Source: Mobula hypostoma (Eukaryota). Taken from it: DNA of 64,000 nucleotides. The translations under genes and the position numbers were made by a program. The stretch is from assembly GCF_963921235.1 (NCBI RefSeq), contig NC_086108.1, forward strand, positions 82,772,001 to 82,836,000, written 5' to 3'. The notes beneath the pieces were generated by a model. That model did not search any database. It was not told the origin of the DNA and saw only the letters and a list, made by a program, of their open reading frames with translations. This document shows positions 11,401 to 24,152 of the stretch, in pieces. Within the stretch, counting starts at the first letter, position 1. Every line of letters begins with the position of its first letter.

Positions 11401-13502
11401 TCCTTAGCTTTCTGCCAGAGTGCAGGTGCAGAAGTTACTCTAAAAATAAGCCTATTTCAGCAATAACGCCCTTTGTGAGTGTTTGTGGTGTAAAAAAAAA
11501 ACTTTGGAGTCTTCTTCCATCTCCATCTAAATCCATTTGCTGTAGTGTTACCCTCCAGAATGATCTACAAACATATCCTCTACACTGGGCAGAGGGTGTG
11601 GATCTACTTTTGGTACTGGGTTGATGGTAACCTTAAAATCACCACAGATCCTCTCAGACCCATCTGTCATGGCCACTGGGATGACTGGCATTGCCCATTG
11701 GCTCCACTTAATCTTTGAAAGAATTCCTTCAGCATTCATGCGATCTAGCTCACTGCCTACTTTATCACGGACTTTCATAAGGAACTGGATGAGCTTTGTC
11801 ATTTTCATTTAACACTATTTTATCCTTGATATGTTGAATTTTACAACACCATCCTTGAACACTTCTGTGGCATCATCTAGTACCTTTCTTAATTCACTTT
11901 CAGTCGACTCTGTTACTGGATGTGGCATGCAAATGGTGGATGGAGCTCCAATTAAGTTGTAGTTTTCTCAGTCAGTCACAGCCTCACCATACTGGTCCTC
12001 CTGTTTTTACCATATACAAGCTCAGTGTGGCTTGTTTGCATTTCACCGTTAAGAATGTTCATCCCACAGGAATTATTTTTGTCCAGTGTAAGTTCTTAGT
12101 TGGATATATGTAGACTTCAGTTCAGTATCTTTGAAACGCTGTTCAAACTCATTTGGTGGAATGACTAATACAGCTGAGCCAGTGTGCAATTCCATTTCAA
12201 TTAACGTCGTTCACTTCTGGTGTAAGCCATATTGTTTGTCCATTGTTAGTTTTCACATTGTAAATCTCAGGGCTACCTAGTGCTGTGCCACTCTCACCAT
12301 TTTCAGACTTTTCATAAACAGCATGCGGACTAGTACTTTTTTTGAAATTGAATTTTGACTTCTTCTCTTTTTCTCTTCCCTCTGCAGTCCATTTATTTTT
12401 GACTGCCCAACATGCTCTTTGTATGTGTCCTGCTTTGCTGCACTTTCGGCAAGTTTCCCCTTTAAATCTGCATTAGTCTGGTGTATGTAAGCCTCCGTCA
12501 CAATGATAACACAATTTGTTCAGCCAGGCAGTCTTCTGTTTAGGCATTGCAATTCAGTTCACGCGCAGTTTCATTCCAGACTGCAACTCAATTCTGTCTC
12601 TGGCTGCTGTTTCCATTGATACAGTGATTTCAACTACTCTCAAGCGTGAGTTGTGCTTCAGTTGGGAACCATTTTTGAATGCTTTCTTGTAAGATTTCTC
12701 AAAGTAAGTGATCTCTCAGTGAATCACAAAGCCCATCACTGAACTGACAATGCTCCGAAAATTTCTTCAATTCAGTCACATAAACTGAAATGGATTCTTC
12801 TTCCTTTTGATTCCATTTATGAAACCTGATGTTTTCAGCAACCAACATCGGTTTCTGTTTAAAGTGTTCCTGCATTATGTTCACAACATCAGCAAAACTC
12901 ATTTCAGCTGGTCTGGTTGGACCAGTTAAACATCTAAACAAACTGTATGCTTTTCTATCCACTGCACTCAGCAACAGTGACACTTGTTTTGCACTGACTA
13001 TTTAATTTGCTTCAAAATACTGCTCATTTCATTCAGTATACAACATCCAGTTATCTGTTATGCAATTGAACCTCTCAATCTTTCTGAGGTAGCAGATTAT
13101 TATTATAACCTTGTACTCACTGTTTATGAACCTTTAGGCATACATGTTACTTGTTAATTTTGTCCATGTTGTGTTTTTTTTAATTTTACCGTCTATCTCC
13201 CCTTCTGAAGAAAAACGTACTGCATTTCAACAGGTAGGTTGTCATCTCGGGTTCATTTTAAAACTTCCTCATACCACTCCAGAAATTAATTGAAAGAAAA
13301 ACACAGGATCACTTGATAATTTGTCTACTTGTTTTTTCCTTGGTAATGTGCTCACATATGACGTGGTGGTGTAATGACATATGCCCTTCATGTATTTCTT
13401 ACATGTAACTCTTAATCAATTATGTGAACAACAAAGGATGCTTACTTAACCAATATATTTACAATATTACTTTAATGTTACTGAAATATTAAATACACTA
13501 CA
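8491..13502 (-). mobile_element. Degraded, internally deleted Gypsy LTR retrotransposon
   Basis: Diverged LTRs at 8491-8678 and about 13277-13502, PBS-like TGGTATGAGG at 13267-13276, PPT at about 8679-8692. Remnants of gag (12699-12983), RT (RICGDFKVTINP, YLDD), RNase H (FTLITDHQP) and the integrase zinc finger near 8820-8930. Confidence 0.9.
9644..11321 (-). mobile_element. Penelope-like retroelement nested in the Gypsy pol region
   Basis: RT remnant MGTHMACSYACFFVG...HYTDD, linker DRVPLVLTYHP...LQRDPTTKHIF, GIY-YIG-like remnant near 10200-10255. The terminus carries a degenerate hammerhead core (CTGAAGA...GAAAC) at about 9712-9743. Confidence 0.85.
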
Positions 13503-13909
13503 ATGAACAAAAGAATGCATGAACACACCCTATGCAAGGCAGCCAACATTTCATTGCAGAACTAAATCATTTCAATAATCAGTCAAAGCAAATGTGACCT
13601 GAATTTGATGACACTAAATCCGATGAAGTATCTTTGAAGTACTAACTTTTTTTCTCTTTCCACAGATACTGTCTGACCTGTTGAATGTTTCCTGCATCTT
13701 CTGTTTTTATTTCATACTAAATGTGACTTCTTGGCAAATGAATTTTTTTCCCAGTGTTTCAGTTAATTAGAAATCACTGCAGAAAGATTAAGTTGTGAAT
13801 TAGTAATGCAGAAGATCTTACTAAAAGATTAACATATTGACTAAGTTTTAATAATATATTGTTTTAATTTGCAAAATTATTAGGTATAAATCCAATATTT
13901 TAAAGAGGG

Positions 13910-15420
13910 AGAACCCTCGCAAGGTGGAAGGCCCCGACGGAGTACCTGGTAAGGCTCTGAAAAAGTGTGCCAACCAACTGGTGTGAGTATTCAAGGACAT
14001 TTTCAACCTCTCACTCTACGGGCAGGAGTTCTCACTTGCTTCAAAAAGGCAACAATTATACCAGTGCCTAAGAAGAATAATGTGAGTTGCCTTAATGACT
14101 ATCACCCAGAAGCACTCACATCTACAGTGATGAAATGCTTTGAGAGGTTGGTCAAGACTAGACTGAATTCCTGCCTCAGCAAGGACCTGGACCCACTGCA
14201 ATTTGCCTATCGCCACAATAGGTCAACAGCAGATGCGGTCTCAATGGCTTTTCACATGGCCCTAGACCATCGGGACAATACAAACACCTTTGTCAGGATG
14301 CTGTTCATCGACTATAGCTCAGCATTTAACACCATCATTCCCACAATCCTATAGAGAAGTTACAGAACCTGGGCCTCTGTACCTCCCTGTGCAATTGGAT
14401 CCTTGACTTCCTAACTGGAAGACCACAATCTGTGCGGATTGGTGATAACATCTCCTCCTTGCTGATGATCAACACTGGTGCACCTCAGGGGTGTGTGCTT
14501 AGCCCACAGCTCTACTCTCTATATACACATGACTATGTGGCTAGGCATATCTTAAGTACCATCTATAAATTTGCTGATGATACAAACATTGTTGGTAAAA
14601 TCTCAGATAGAGGCAAGAGGGTGTACAGGAGTGAGATATGCCAACTAGTGCAGTGATGTCAAAGCAACAACCTTGCACTCAAGACAAAAGAGCTAATTGT
14701 GGACTTCCAGAAGGGTAAGATGAAGGAACACATACCAATCCTCATAGAGGGATCAGAAATGCAGAGAGTGAGCAGTTTCAAGTTCCTGGGCGTCAAGATC
14801 TCTGAGTGCCAAACCTGGTCCCAACATATCAATGCAGCTATAATGGAGACAAGACAATGACTATACTTCATTAGGAACTTGAAGAGATTTGGTGTGTCAA
14901 CAAGGACACTCAAAAACTTCTACAGATGTACTGTGGAGAGCATTCTGATAGGCTGCATCACTGTCTGGTATGGGGGAGCTACTGCACAGGATCGAAAGAA
15001 GCTGCAGAAGGTTGTAAATTTAGTCGGCTCCATCTAGGGTGCTAGCCTACAAAGTACTTAGGACAACTTCAAGGAGCAGTGTTTCAGAAAAGCATCCATT
15101 ATTAAAGACCTCCAGCACCTAGGGCATGCTGTTTTCTCATTATTATCATCAGATAGGAGGCACAGGAGGCACCAACGATTCAGTATCAGCTTCTTCCCCT
15201 CTGCCATCCGATTCCTAAATGGACATTGAATCCTTGAACACTACCTCACTTTTTTAATACATATTATTTCTGTTTTTGCATGCATGATTTTTAATCTATT
15301 CAATATACATGAGCTGTAACAGATTTAGTTATTTCTTCTGCATTATGTATTGCATTGTACTGCTGCTGCTGTTAACAAATTTCATGATACACGCTGGTGA
15401 TAATAAACCTGATTCTGATT
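13910..15420 (+). mobile_element. Rex1/Babar-type LINE, 5'-truncated and degraded
   Basis: [43 protein letters not shown]. Ends in AATAAACC(TGATTC)n. Confidence 0.9.
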
Positions 15421-15758
15421 TTTTATTGAGAATATTATCCCATAATTATAAGCCTCATCTTTGACGTCATGAATATCCATTACACTAGAAAACAAAGATT
15501 TTGCCTCCTGAATATTTTTGGGTGTATCTTATGGATTATGGACAGTTGATCATGAAAATCATCCCTATCATGCACCATTTTTTTGAAATCACCTATATTA
15601 GTTATTTCAATTCATAATTCAAGTCAATTAATATCTTACCCACAATGTAAGCTGAAACGTTTTCTATGTTATCCAGGCATGGCTGGGCATACTTAGGCAG
15701 GATGGATACTGCATGACAGGACAGGTTTTAGAAAGGCTTTAAATTTCCATGAAGGACT

Positions 15759-16208
15759 TTGATATTTGAGGCAGGTGTTTTCCAGAATAACAGATGTTAT
15801 GCCAAGATTAAGGAAGGCATTTTTGTTGGTCCACAAATCAAACAGGTCATCAATTACAAGCAATTTGATGAACTTCTAGTGGGACCAGTGAAAATAGCAT
15901 GGAAGTCATTCAAAGATGCTGTTGAAAAATTTCTTGGTAACTACGGACCACCAAACTACGTGCAACTGGTTGACAATGCGGTTCAGGCATACAAAACCAT
16001 AAAGTGCAACAGGCTAGTAAAGATTCATTTTCTGCATTCCTGTTTAGGCTTCTTCCCTGCAAATCTTAGCGCTGTCAGTGAAGAGCATGGGGAAAGGTTT
16101 CACCAGGATATCACGGTCATGGAGAAACTGTATCAGGGCAACTGGAATCCATCAATGCTGGCGGATTATTATTGGATGCTTAAGGGAGAAACTTCAGAGT
16201 ACAAATGA
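15759..16208 (+). pseudogene. C-terminal remnant of a Chapaev3-like transposase
   Basis: 149-aa frame with H-x-x-x-H and S(D/E)EHGERFH motifs. The N-terminal part is missing. Confidence 0.7.
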
Positions 16209-16247
16209 AAATCAACACTTTTTTTAGCTTAGTTGAACTATCAGCAC

Positions 16248-16552
16248 TCCATTAGGCTTGCGAGACCATGAATCTGCGCCTGGAAAGTCTCCACTTTCCA
16301 GGGCGCAGGCCTGGGCAAGGTTGTATGGAAGACCAGCAGTTGCCCATGCTGCAAGTCTCCCCTCTCCACGACACCGGTGTTGTCCGAGGGAAGGGCAAGG
16401 ACCCATATAGCTTGGCACCAGTGTCATCGCAGAGCACTGTGTGGTTAAGTGCCTTGCTCAAGGACACAACACACTACCTCGGCTGGGGCTCGAACTTATG
16501 ACCTTCAGATTGCTAGTCGAATGCCTTAACCACTTGGCCACGTGCCCACACA
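16248..16552 (-). mobile_element. tRNA-derived SINE with CORE-like domain, nested in the Chapaev element
   Basis: A box TGGCCAAGTGG (16530-16540), B box GTTCGAGCC (16487-16495), CORE-like GTGTCCTTGAGCAAGGCACTTAACC, tail hairpin at 16274-16308, TSD TATCAGCAC at 16239-16247 and 16553-16561. Confidence 0.85.
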
Positions 16553-17084
16553 TATCAGCACCATTATGTAATTAAATAATTATGTAATTATGTATTATAT
16601 TCTATAAAAGTGAATTTCTTGTTTCTATCAAATTCCTATATGATACAAGTAGTCTGAAATTATATTTGTGTTCAGCTTCAAATGGTCTATCAGAAACAAA
16701 AAAACTTCTGAGGAAGCAACACTTTTGATAAAACTTGTCGCTCAGTGTTATTCCTGAGTATGTTCTTGTTCCTTTCATTACTGTGAACCTTACATTGAAT
16801 AAAAATCCCCTCTTCTCCCATTTAGGTTCATTGACATGTTCCTCATAATACTCCTTGGTCTAGAAAATATTAGCAGATGGCATGGACCTAATGTCCTAAC
16901 TGGCTTCTATTGAACCAATCACTGAGAAACATATGTAAGGATGAAATAGTCCTCTGTGCATTGATTGATCTGAAGCCTTAACCACGTTTCTCGTGACACT
17001 GATGTTGCCTGACCTTTTGAGCATTTCCATTGTAGCCCTTATGCAGGGTCTTAATCCAAAATGCTGATAATTCCTCTCCACTAC

Positions 17085-18000
17085 CACTGCACAGGATCAG
17101 AAAAAGCTGCAGAAGGTTGTAAACTCAGCCAGTTCCAGCACTTCAGCGGGTCATCTCTAGTGCACAGAAGATCATCGAGACACAGCTCCCAGCCCTGGAG
17201 GACACCTACAGCTCTCGCTGCCTAAGGAAAGCTACAAGCATCTGTAAGGACAATACACACCCATGCAATCATCTGTTTGAACTTCTTCCATCTGGCAGAC
17301 GTTATAAGATTTTCTATGCCTGCACTTCTAGACTGAAAAATAGCTTTTTCCCCAGAGCTATAACTGCTCTGAACCAATCGATCAAACATCATCCATAAAT
17401 TGTTATATTGCTACTTTAATACTGGTTTTATGGCTGTCATGCACCTGAGTTGCGCTTTTATACTGCTGGACATTGCTTGTACTGGCTGGTTACTTGATTT
17501 TATTTATTTTATTTGTTGTTTTATAGCATTGAGTACGAGAGTTGCAAACTCATTTTCGCTGTATTGGCGCATGACAAATTGAACTATACAATGACAATAA
17601 AGATAATTCATTTCATTTCACGGTCACTCGCCCCTCCAGTATCAAGGACACTTTCAAAAGGCGATGTCTCAAAAAGCTGTTACTCATCATTAAGGACCCC
17701 CATCACCCAGAACATGTCCTCTTCTCATTTTTACATCAAGGAGGAGGTACAGAAGCCTGAAGGCACACACTCAACAAGGCAGGAACCACTTCTTCCACTC
17801 CACCATCAGATTTCTGAATGGATGATGAACCCATATACACTATTTTTCTCTCTTTTTGCATTACTTATTTAATTAATTTATATATTTCTTATTGTAAATT
17901 ACATAGTTCAGTATCATTATTATTTATTGCAATGTCCTGCTGTTGCAAAACAATACATTTCATGACATATGCCGGGATACTAAACCTGATTCTGCTTCTA
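17085..18000 (+). mobile_element. Rex1-type LINE 3' fragment, interrupted by a second LINE 3' fragment (about 17140-17619, (ATTTC)n tail)
   Basis: Similar to 14980-15420. The inner piece ends ACAATAAAGATAATTCATTTCATTTC. Confidence 0.7.
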
Positions 18001-18240
18001 CTCACAGATACCTGTCTGTGCTTGATGACCTGTGTGAATCCTGGACCTACAAAAATGCTTTCCTTAATCTTGGCATCAGCATCAGTTATTTTGGGAAACA
18101 TCTGCCTCAAATATTGAAATCCAGCAGTTTGATTTTTGCTCCAGGTTCCAATATCTGCAGTATTTTGTATCTTCAGCTCTTCCTGTATTTATTTCAGGTT
18201 TACGGCATTTGTAGTTTGCAAGCATGTAACTACAGATAAT
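18001..18240 (-). mobile_element. Second Chapaev3-like transposase fragment
   Basis: MRQMFPKITDADAKIKESIFVGP matches the start of the 15759 ORF. Confidence 0.65.
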
Positions 18241-18269
18241 TTACTGTTGTAGTAACTGAACTTCATTAA

Positions 18270-18520
18270 TTTATTAATTTATATTTAGAGATACAACATG
18301 CTACAGGCTCTTTTGTCCCAATGAACCTGCACTGCCCAATTATATCCATGTGACTGATCTACCTACTAACCCATACTTCTTTGGAAAGTGGGAGAAAACC
18401 CAGAGGAAAACCATGTGGTCATGAGGAGAATGTATAAACTCCTTACAAAGGGTGGTGGGATTGAACCTGGGTCTCTGGCACTCTAATAGCTCTACCTTAA
18501 CTGTTACCCTACCACATCAC
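18270..18520 (-). mobile_element. V-domain-type (HE1-like) SINE, degraded
   Basis: Reverse-complement similarity to the SINE at 55566-55875 (TTTGGAAAGTGGGAGAAAACCC ... AAACTCCTTACA). Confidence 0.6.
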
Positions 18521-18800
18521 CACAGATTTAAAACCAGAGTCATTGTTTTATTAATATTATTAAGAGATATTAGTTACGGCTTCAGGGGGAACTGTTCAAA
18601 GTTCAATGTTCAAAGTAAATTTATTACCAAAGTACATATATGTCACCGCGTACAAGCTGAAATTCAGTTTCTTGCGGACACACTCAATAAATCCATAATA
18701 GAATAGTAACCAGAATAGAATCAATGAAAGACCACCCAACCTTGGCGTTCCACCAAGGTGCAAAAGACAACGAAGTGTGCAAATACAAAATGAAAGAAAC

Positions 18801-18863
18801 AATACTACTGCTAATACTACTACTATTATTACTAATAATAATAATAATAATAAATAAATAAAA
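18801..18863. repeat. Compound (TAC)n/(TAA)n/(TAAA)n microsatellite
   Basis: Directly visible. Confidence 0.85.
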
Positions 18864-19937
18864 CTATCCTGATATTCTTAAAAGAATGTTGTTTTACCTA
18901 CCTGAAAAGGCAAACATCATTGTAGTTCAATGTCTTTTAGTAAGTTAGAAGTCAGTATTTCCATCAAAACAACTCTGAAATGTCAGCCAAGAGGTGTGCT
19001 TAACTCTAGAAGAAGGACTCATCTCATAACCTCTTGGTTCAGAGACAACAGGGCAACGACCACTGAGCTAAGGCTGACATTTAACAAGAACCAGGGTGCT
19101 CAATACTTCCATCAATCCTCCAAAGCTTTATAATTTCTGCTAACCACAGAGTTAAGATTGGAACTATCAGACTATTGAGGGTATAGTCAGCAAGTTTACG
19201 TCCAATTATTTTATAGCTTGGCGTATTGAAATCCCTAATTGCCCTTTTGCAACAAAGGGCTCATTGATGAGATAGTACAAGATAGCAATATTGTGTAAAA
19301 TATTAACTAACCAGAACCCTAACCTTAAAGTGATACTTTGTTTTCAAAACATTCTGGTTGATAAGAAAAATTCAATTGCTAAAGCTTCAGCTTAAATGTT
19401 GATTTTCTCTGCAGCACTTGCTGGTCCCAATCTGCTGACAATGCTGTTATTAGCACGCTGTGCTCAGTAAGTGAGGGCTCAAAGCTACTTGTGCTATTAG
19501 TCAGTAAGATATCGCACAGGCCAAACAGACACTGTAAACCTCACATAATCCTCTCACTGGTCTTCTTCTTAATGCACATTCTCAGCGCCGCATTATCCCA
19601 GATACAGAGCGAGATTCTCTTTTCATTGGCTAGCGCTTTGAACATTTATTCTTGTGCCTGAAAGTGTTCTTATTTGAATTGAAAATTTACGTAACCCTTT
19701 TGTAATGCAGGTTTTTTTAAAGCACAATTTAACACAATGCTCTTTGAAGAATGCATACTATTTTCTTTTATCCATGGTTCAAATCTAAATTAAAATCAAG
19801 TTGCTCTACTTATGTTTGTTTTCTTCGTGGAATTTATATTTTAATATTGCTTTGTGTGGCTGTCCTCATTATTGGATCTACACCTCAAAAGTTTACAAAC
19901 ATTGTAATTTTCAAATTTCCCTTTCAAGAATCAAACC

Positions 19938-22900
19938 CAGTGATTCTCAAGGGGGTAGTTATGTGTCCTATGGGGAAATTAAGGGAAATAGAAGTCATTG
20001 GGGGTGCTCTTTGGGAGGGGGGCAGTAAACAGCACCCTAACGAGGCATGAGACCTAACTGACTGTTTGTAGAGGAGGCACTTTAAAAGATAGGATGAGGC
20101 ACTGGAACACAGGAAGAACCATAGCTCTGCTGGCGGTGAGTACTAATTTAGCCCCATTAATGATGGACAAATATGTATGGCGTGATCTCTATAAGTCTGA
20201 AGGTGGTGAAGCCTGGAATTCTAATCCTGCTAAGAAACAGAAACTACAGAAAGTGTGTTAGTACAATGTTACATACCTGGAGTATGGTTTTATTCTGTTC
20301 CCTTCAGATCAGCAATGCCCCATGTGTCTTACTTGTAATACTGCACTGTCTAATGAAGCCATGAAACCATCAAGATTGCAGGAATATTTCCATAAAAAAC
20401 ACCCTAAAAAGGCTACATATGGTATTACTTGGTTCCAGAAGACGAAAGAGGCATTTGAAAAGAGTTGCACACTCGAGTTATTTGCCAAGAAAGCTAACAA
20501 TGACCTTGATAGTGGTCTCATTGTTTCTTATAACATTTCCAAAATGATAGAAAAGTGTGGAAAATCTCATACAATTGGTGAAAGATTAATAATGAATGAT
20601 TAATAATGAATAATTAACAATGAAGACTATCAAGATCTGGCTGGAGGGTGCTGACTCTGCTCTTCAGCACCAATTCCAGCACACAGACTGGAGCACGTTT
20701 GTGGCCCATGCCACCACGGATTCTCAGATTAACATTGACTTATATACCAACTCTGTCCTTGAGCACATCAACAAGTGTGTAGATAGAGTGACATCACAAA
20801 AACAAATAAAATGAACAGAGAGGTCCGCCTCCTGCTCAAAGCCAGAGATTCAGCCTTCAAGTCTGGAGACCGGGAGGCTTACAGCTCAGCCAGGGCCAAC
20901 CTGAGGAGGGGAATCTCTCAGGCTAAACACATATATAAACAGAGAATTGAGGAGCATTTCAACTCCTCGGACCCCCGGCTCATGTGGCATGGCATACAGG
21001 TCATTACAGACTTCAAACCACCTAGTGCTGTGCCCCCTTCCAGCTCTGCTTCCCTCCCTGAGGAGCTCAATTACTTCTACACTCACTTTGACCAAGAGAA
21101 CAAGGAGGTCACCCTCAAAGCGTGTCTCCCACCTGGTGAACTGCCTCTCTCAATTTCCACCTCCGATGTTTGTACCATCCTGAGCAAAGTGAATGTATGG
21201 AAGGCAGCTGGTCCGGATGGAATACCTGGCCATGTGCTCAGAGTCTGCGCAGGGCAGTTGGCCGGGGTCTTCAAGGACATTTTTAATCTTTCCCTGGCCC
21301 AGGCAGTTGTCCCCACAAGCTTCAAGATCACCACCATCATACCAGTGCCAAAGCATTCCACTGCCATGGGCCTGAATGACTTCCGCCCAGTTGCAGTCAC
21401 CCCCATCATTGCAAAGTGCTTTGAGAGACTGGTTCTATCACATCTGAAATCCTGTCTGCCCACTACCTTGGACGCCCATCAATTTGCCTATCACACCAAC
21501 AGGTCAACAGAGGACGCCATCTCTACGGCACTTTACACTCCCTGACCCACCTGGACAGCCCCAACTGTTATGTCAGAATGCTATTCATTGACTTTAGTTC
21601 GGCATTCAATACTATGATCCCCTCCAAGCTGATCACCAAACTTCGCCAGCTTGGTATCAGCTCATCCCTCTGCAATTGGACCTTGGACTTTCTGACTAAC
21701 AGACCCCAATCCGTTAAGTTAGACAACCTCTCCTCCTCCACTTTCACTCTGAAGGTCCAGCACCTGGCTGCGTGGTGTGCCGACAACAACCTGGCCCTCA
21801 ACACCCAGAAGACCAAGGAGATCATTGTGGGCTTCAGGCATGCTAGGACCCACACTCACATCCCCATCTACATCAACAGAGTTGTAGTGGAGCGTGTATC
21901 AAGCTTCAAGTTCCTTGATGTCCACATTTCCGAGGATCTCACCTGGTCCCTGAACTCCTCCATCCTGATCAAAAAGGTGCAACAGCGCCTTTACTTCCTG
22001 TGGAGCATCAGGAAAGCTCACCTCTGTCCCAGGATACTGACAGACTTTTACCGCTGTACCATTGAGAGCATACTCACCAACTGCATCTCAGTTTGGTATG
22101 GCAATTGTCCTGTACCAGACTGCAAAGCACTCCAGTGTGTGGTGAAAACTGCCCAGCGGATTATCGGCACCCAATTGCCCACCATTGAGAACATCTACCA
22201 TAAACGCTGCCTGGGCAGGGCGAAAAGCATTATCAGGGATGCATCTCACCCTAACCATGGACTTTTTACTCTCCTCCCATCCGGTAAGCGCTACAGGAGC
22301 CTCCGCTCCCGCACCAGCAGGCACAGGAAGAGCTTCTTCCCTGAGGCTGTGACCCCGCTGAACCTCACATCACAGAGCTAAGTAGTATTGCACCCATGTT
22401 TTACTGTCTCAGCATGTACTTTTATATTTGTGTGCTGTAGCACTTACTTTTTATTCGCAGTTATTTTGTAAATAACACTATTCTTTGCATTTCTGGTTAG
22501 ATGCTAACTGCATTTCATTGGCTTTGTATCTGTACTCAGCACAATGACAATAAAGTTGAATCTAATCTAAGCTAATAATGTCTGCTGTATCAGAAATGCT
22601 CACCACCATTCTCAAAATGGACGCCAGTGTTTTAAAATCAATTCCTCTGACTAATAACTTTGTAGCTCATCGTACTGATGATATGAGTGAAGACACTGAG
22701 TATCAACTATGCACAGAGCTACAAAAAAAAACAGAATTTGGGATACAACTGAATGAGTCAACAGTGTGAGACAACTAATGGCATATGTCTGGCTTATCAA
22801 AAACGGAAAAGTTTATGAAGAGATTCTCTTTTGTAAAAAGTTAAAAACAAATATCAATGAAGAATCAATCTATAATGAGCTCAAAATATTGAGGATAAAA

Positions 22901-24152
22901 GTATTCAGTTTAGGAATATCATTTCTTGTGCAACAGATGGATCACTATATACCGTCAGTTGCCATGCTGGTTTAGTGGCATTTATGAAAAAAGAAACCCC
23001 ATGTCCATTTGTAATCCATTGTATAATTCATCACCAACATCTCACAGCCAAAAACCTCAGCCAGCGATTTTTTTCAAGCATGACTCTTGTAATATTTGGT
23101 ATCAACAAAATTAAAGCTCATCCATTAAATAGCAGAATATTTCGCCAGTTATGCCAAGATAATGATGAAGGGTTTGAACACTTGTTTCTTCACAGTGAAG
23201 TGCCTTGGCTGTCAAAAACCTGCTGCTTAAAAATGCTTCTTTGATCTTTTTGACACTGTGTTTGTATTTTTGTTCAAGGTTGACAATTTATGTGGAGATG
23301 TGGCATACCTCGCTGATCTGTATGACAAAATAAACATTCCAAGTATGAAACAGCAAGGTGAGAATTTCAATTTAATCCAGGTAAAAAGTGCGGTGTCCAC
23401 TTTTATTAGATAATTGGAAATATATAAGCAAAATATTGGGAGAAGAATGTTCTCACAATTTCCCTGCATGGAAAGTTAGGCACTCCCTTTCACAGAGAAT
23501 GATTTGCAAGAGTACTACTTACACCTGTAGTCAGTAAAGAAAGATTTTCAGAATCAATTCAAGGATTTGAATGATCTGGAAATTCCAGACTGGGTGATTA
23601 ACCAGTCTGGAATTTCCAGGTGGAAGAAAAGGAAGAGAGCTTGCAAGAAGAAATTATCAAAAATTCAGAAGCAAAAATGCTTTTCGAAATGTTGGCTTTT
23701 GTGGTATGTGGCTGCACTGTTATATGAAGTTTCCTGGTCAGTGGAGAAGAGCCAAACTGATCTTCATTTCATTTCCATTCTCTTATCTTGTTGAAAGAGG
23801 CCTCAGTGCAGTGAACCGCATACTCACAAAAAGCAGAAACTGCTTTGACATTGTTATGCATGGGCCTTTAAGGCTTTTACTGTTACAACTTGAACCAGAT
23901 ATTTCAACACTTGTTAAAAACCTTCAAGCTCAAGGATCACAGTGATATCAAAGCTGCTGTACAGTACATAGGTATTATGTAGGCTAGGTTTAAAGACAAA
24001 TAAACATCTAAAACAGAATTATTTTTCTTGTGTTAGCATATGGTAGATATGTTTTTACACTATGGGGGTGCTGGAAAGTATATTGTGCCTAAGCGGGGCA
24101 TTGGCAAGTACTTTAGGAGGGCACTGAGTTAAAAAAAGGTTGGGAAGCACTG
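19938..24152 (+). mobile_element. hAT transposon (Charlie/Buster group) with degraded transposase
   Basis: TIRs CAGTGATTCTCAA / TTGGGAAGCACTG, 8-bp flanks ATCAAACC and ATTTAACC. BED finger remnant CLTC...SNEAMKPSRL...H...KH, KSHTIGERLI, HCIIH, HSEVPWLS and SYLVERGLS. Confidence 0.9.
20612..22572 (+). mobile_element. Rex1/Babar LINE nested in the hAT transposase, RT catalytic core deleted
   Basis: ORFs 20811-21545 and 21578-22381 ([30 protein letters not shown]). The PQG-YADD segment is absent at about 21750. (AATCT)n tail, TSD TAATAATG. Confidence 0.9.

Larger units (their letters stand above)
15483..16747 (+). mobile_element. Chapaev3-like (CMC) DNA transposon, internally deleted
   Basis: Termini CACT...AGTG with degenerate TIRs and TTA on both flanks (15480-15482, 16748-16750). 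ORF 15759-16208 has AKIKEGIFVGPQI, KIHFLHS, SEEHGERFHQDI and MLADY motifs. Confidence 0.75.

Noticed and set aside
8486..13507. TSD for the first Gypsy element
   Set aside because: The flanks (TGCTA and ATGAA) do not match. The element is old and the LTRs are diverged.
13615..13715. Further hammerhead motifs in PLE-like remnants (also about 17000-17075 and 32510-33010)
   Set aside because: Core nucleotides are too degraded to support a ribozyme call.
16475..16548. tRNA gene
   Set aside because: It is the head of a SINE, continuous with a CORE-like body and tail and enclosed by a TSD.
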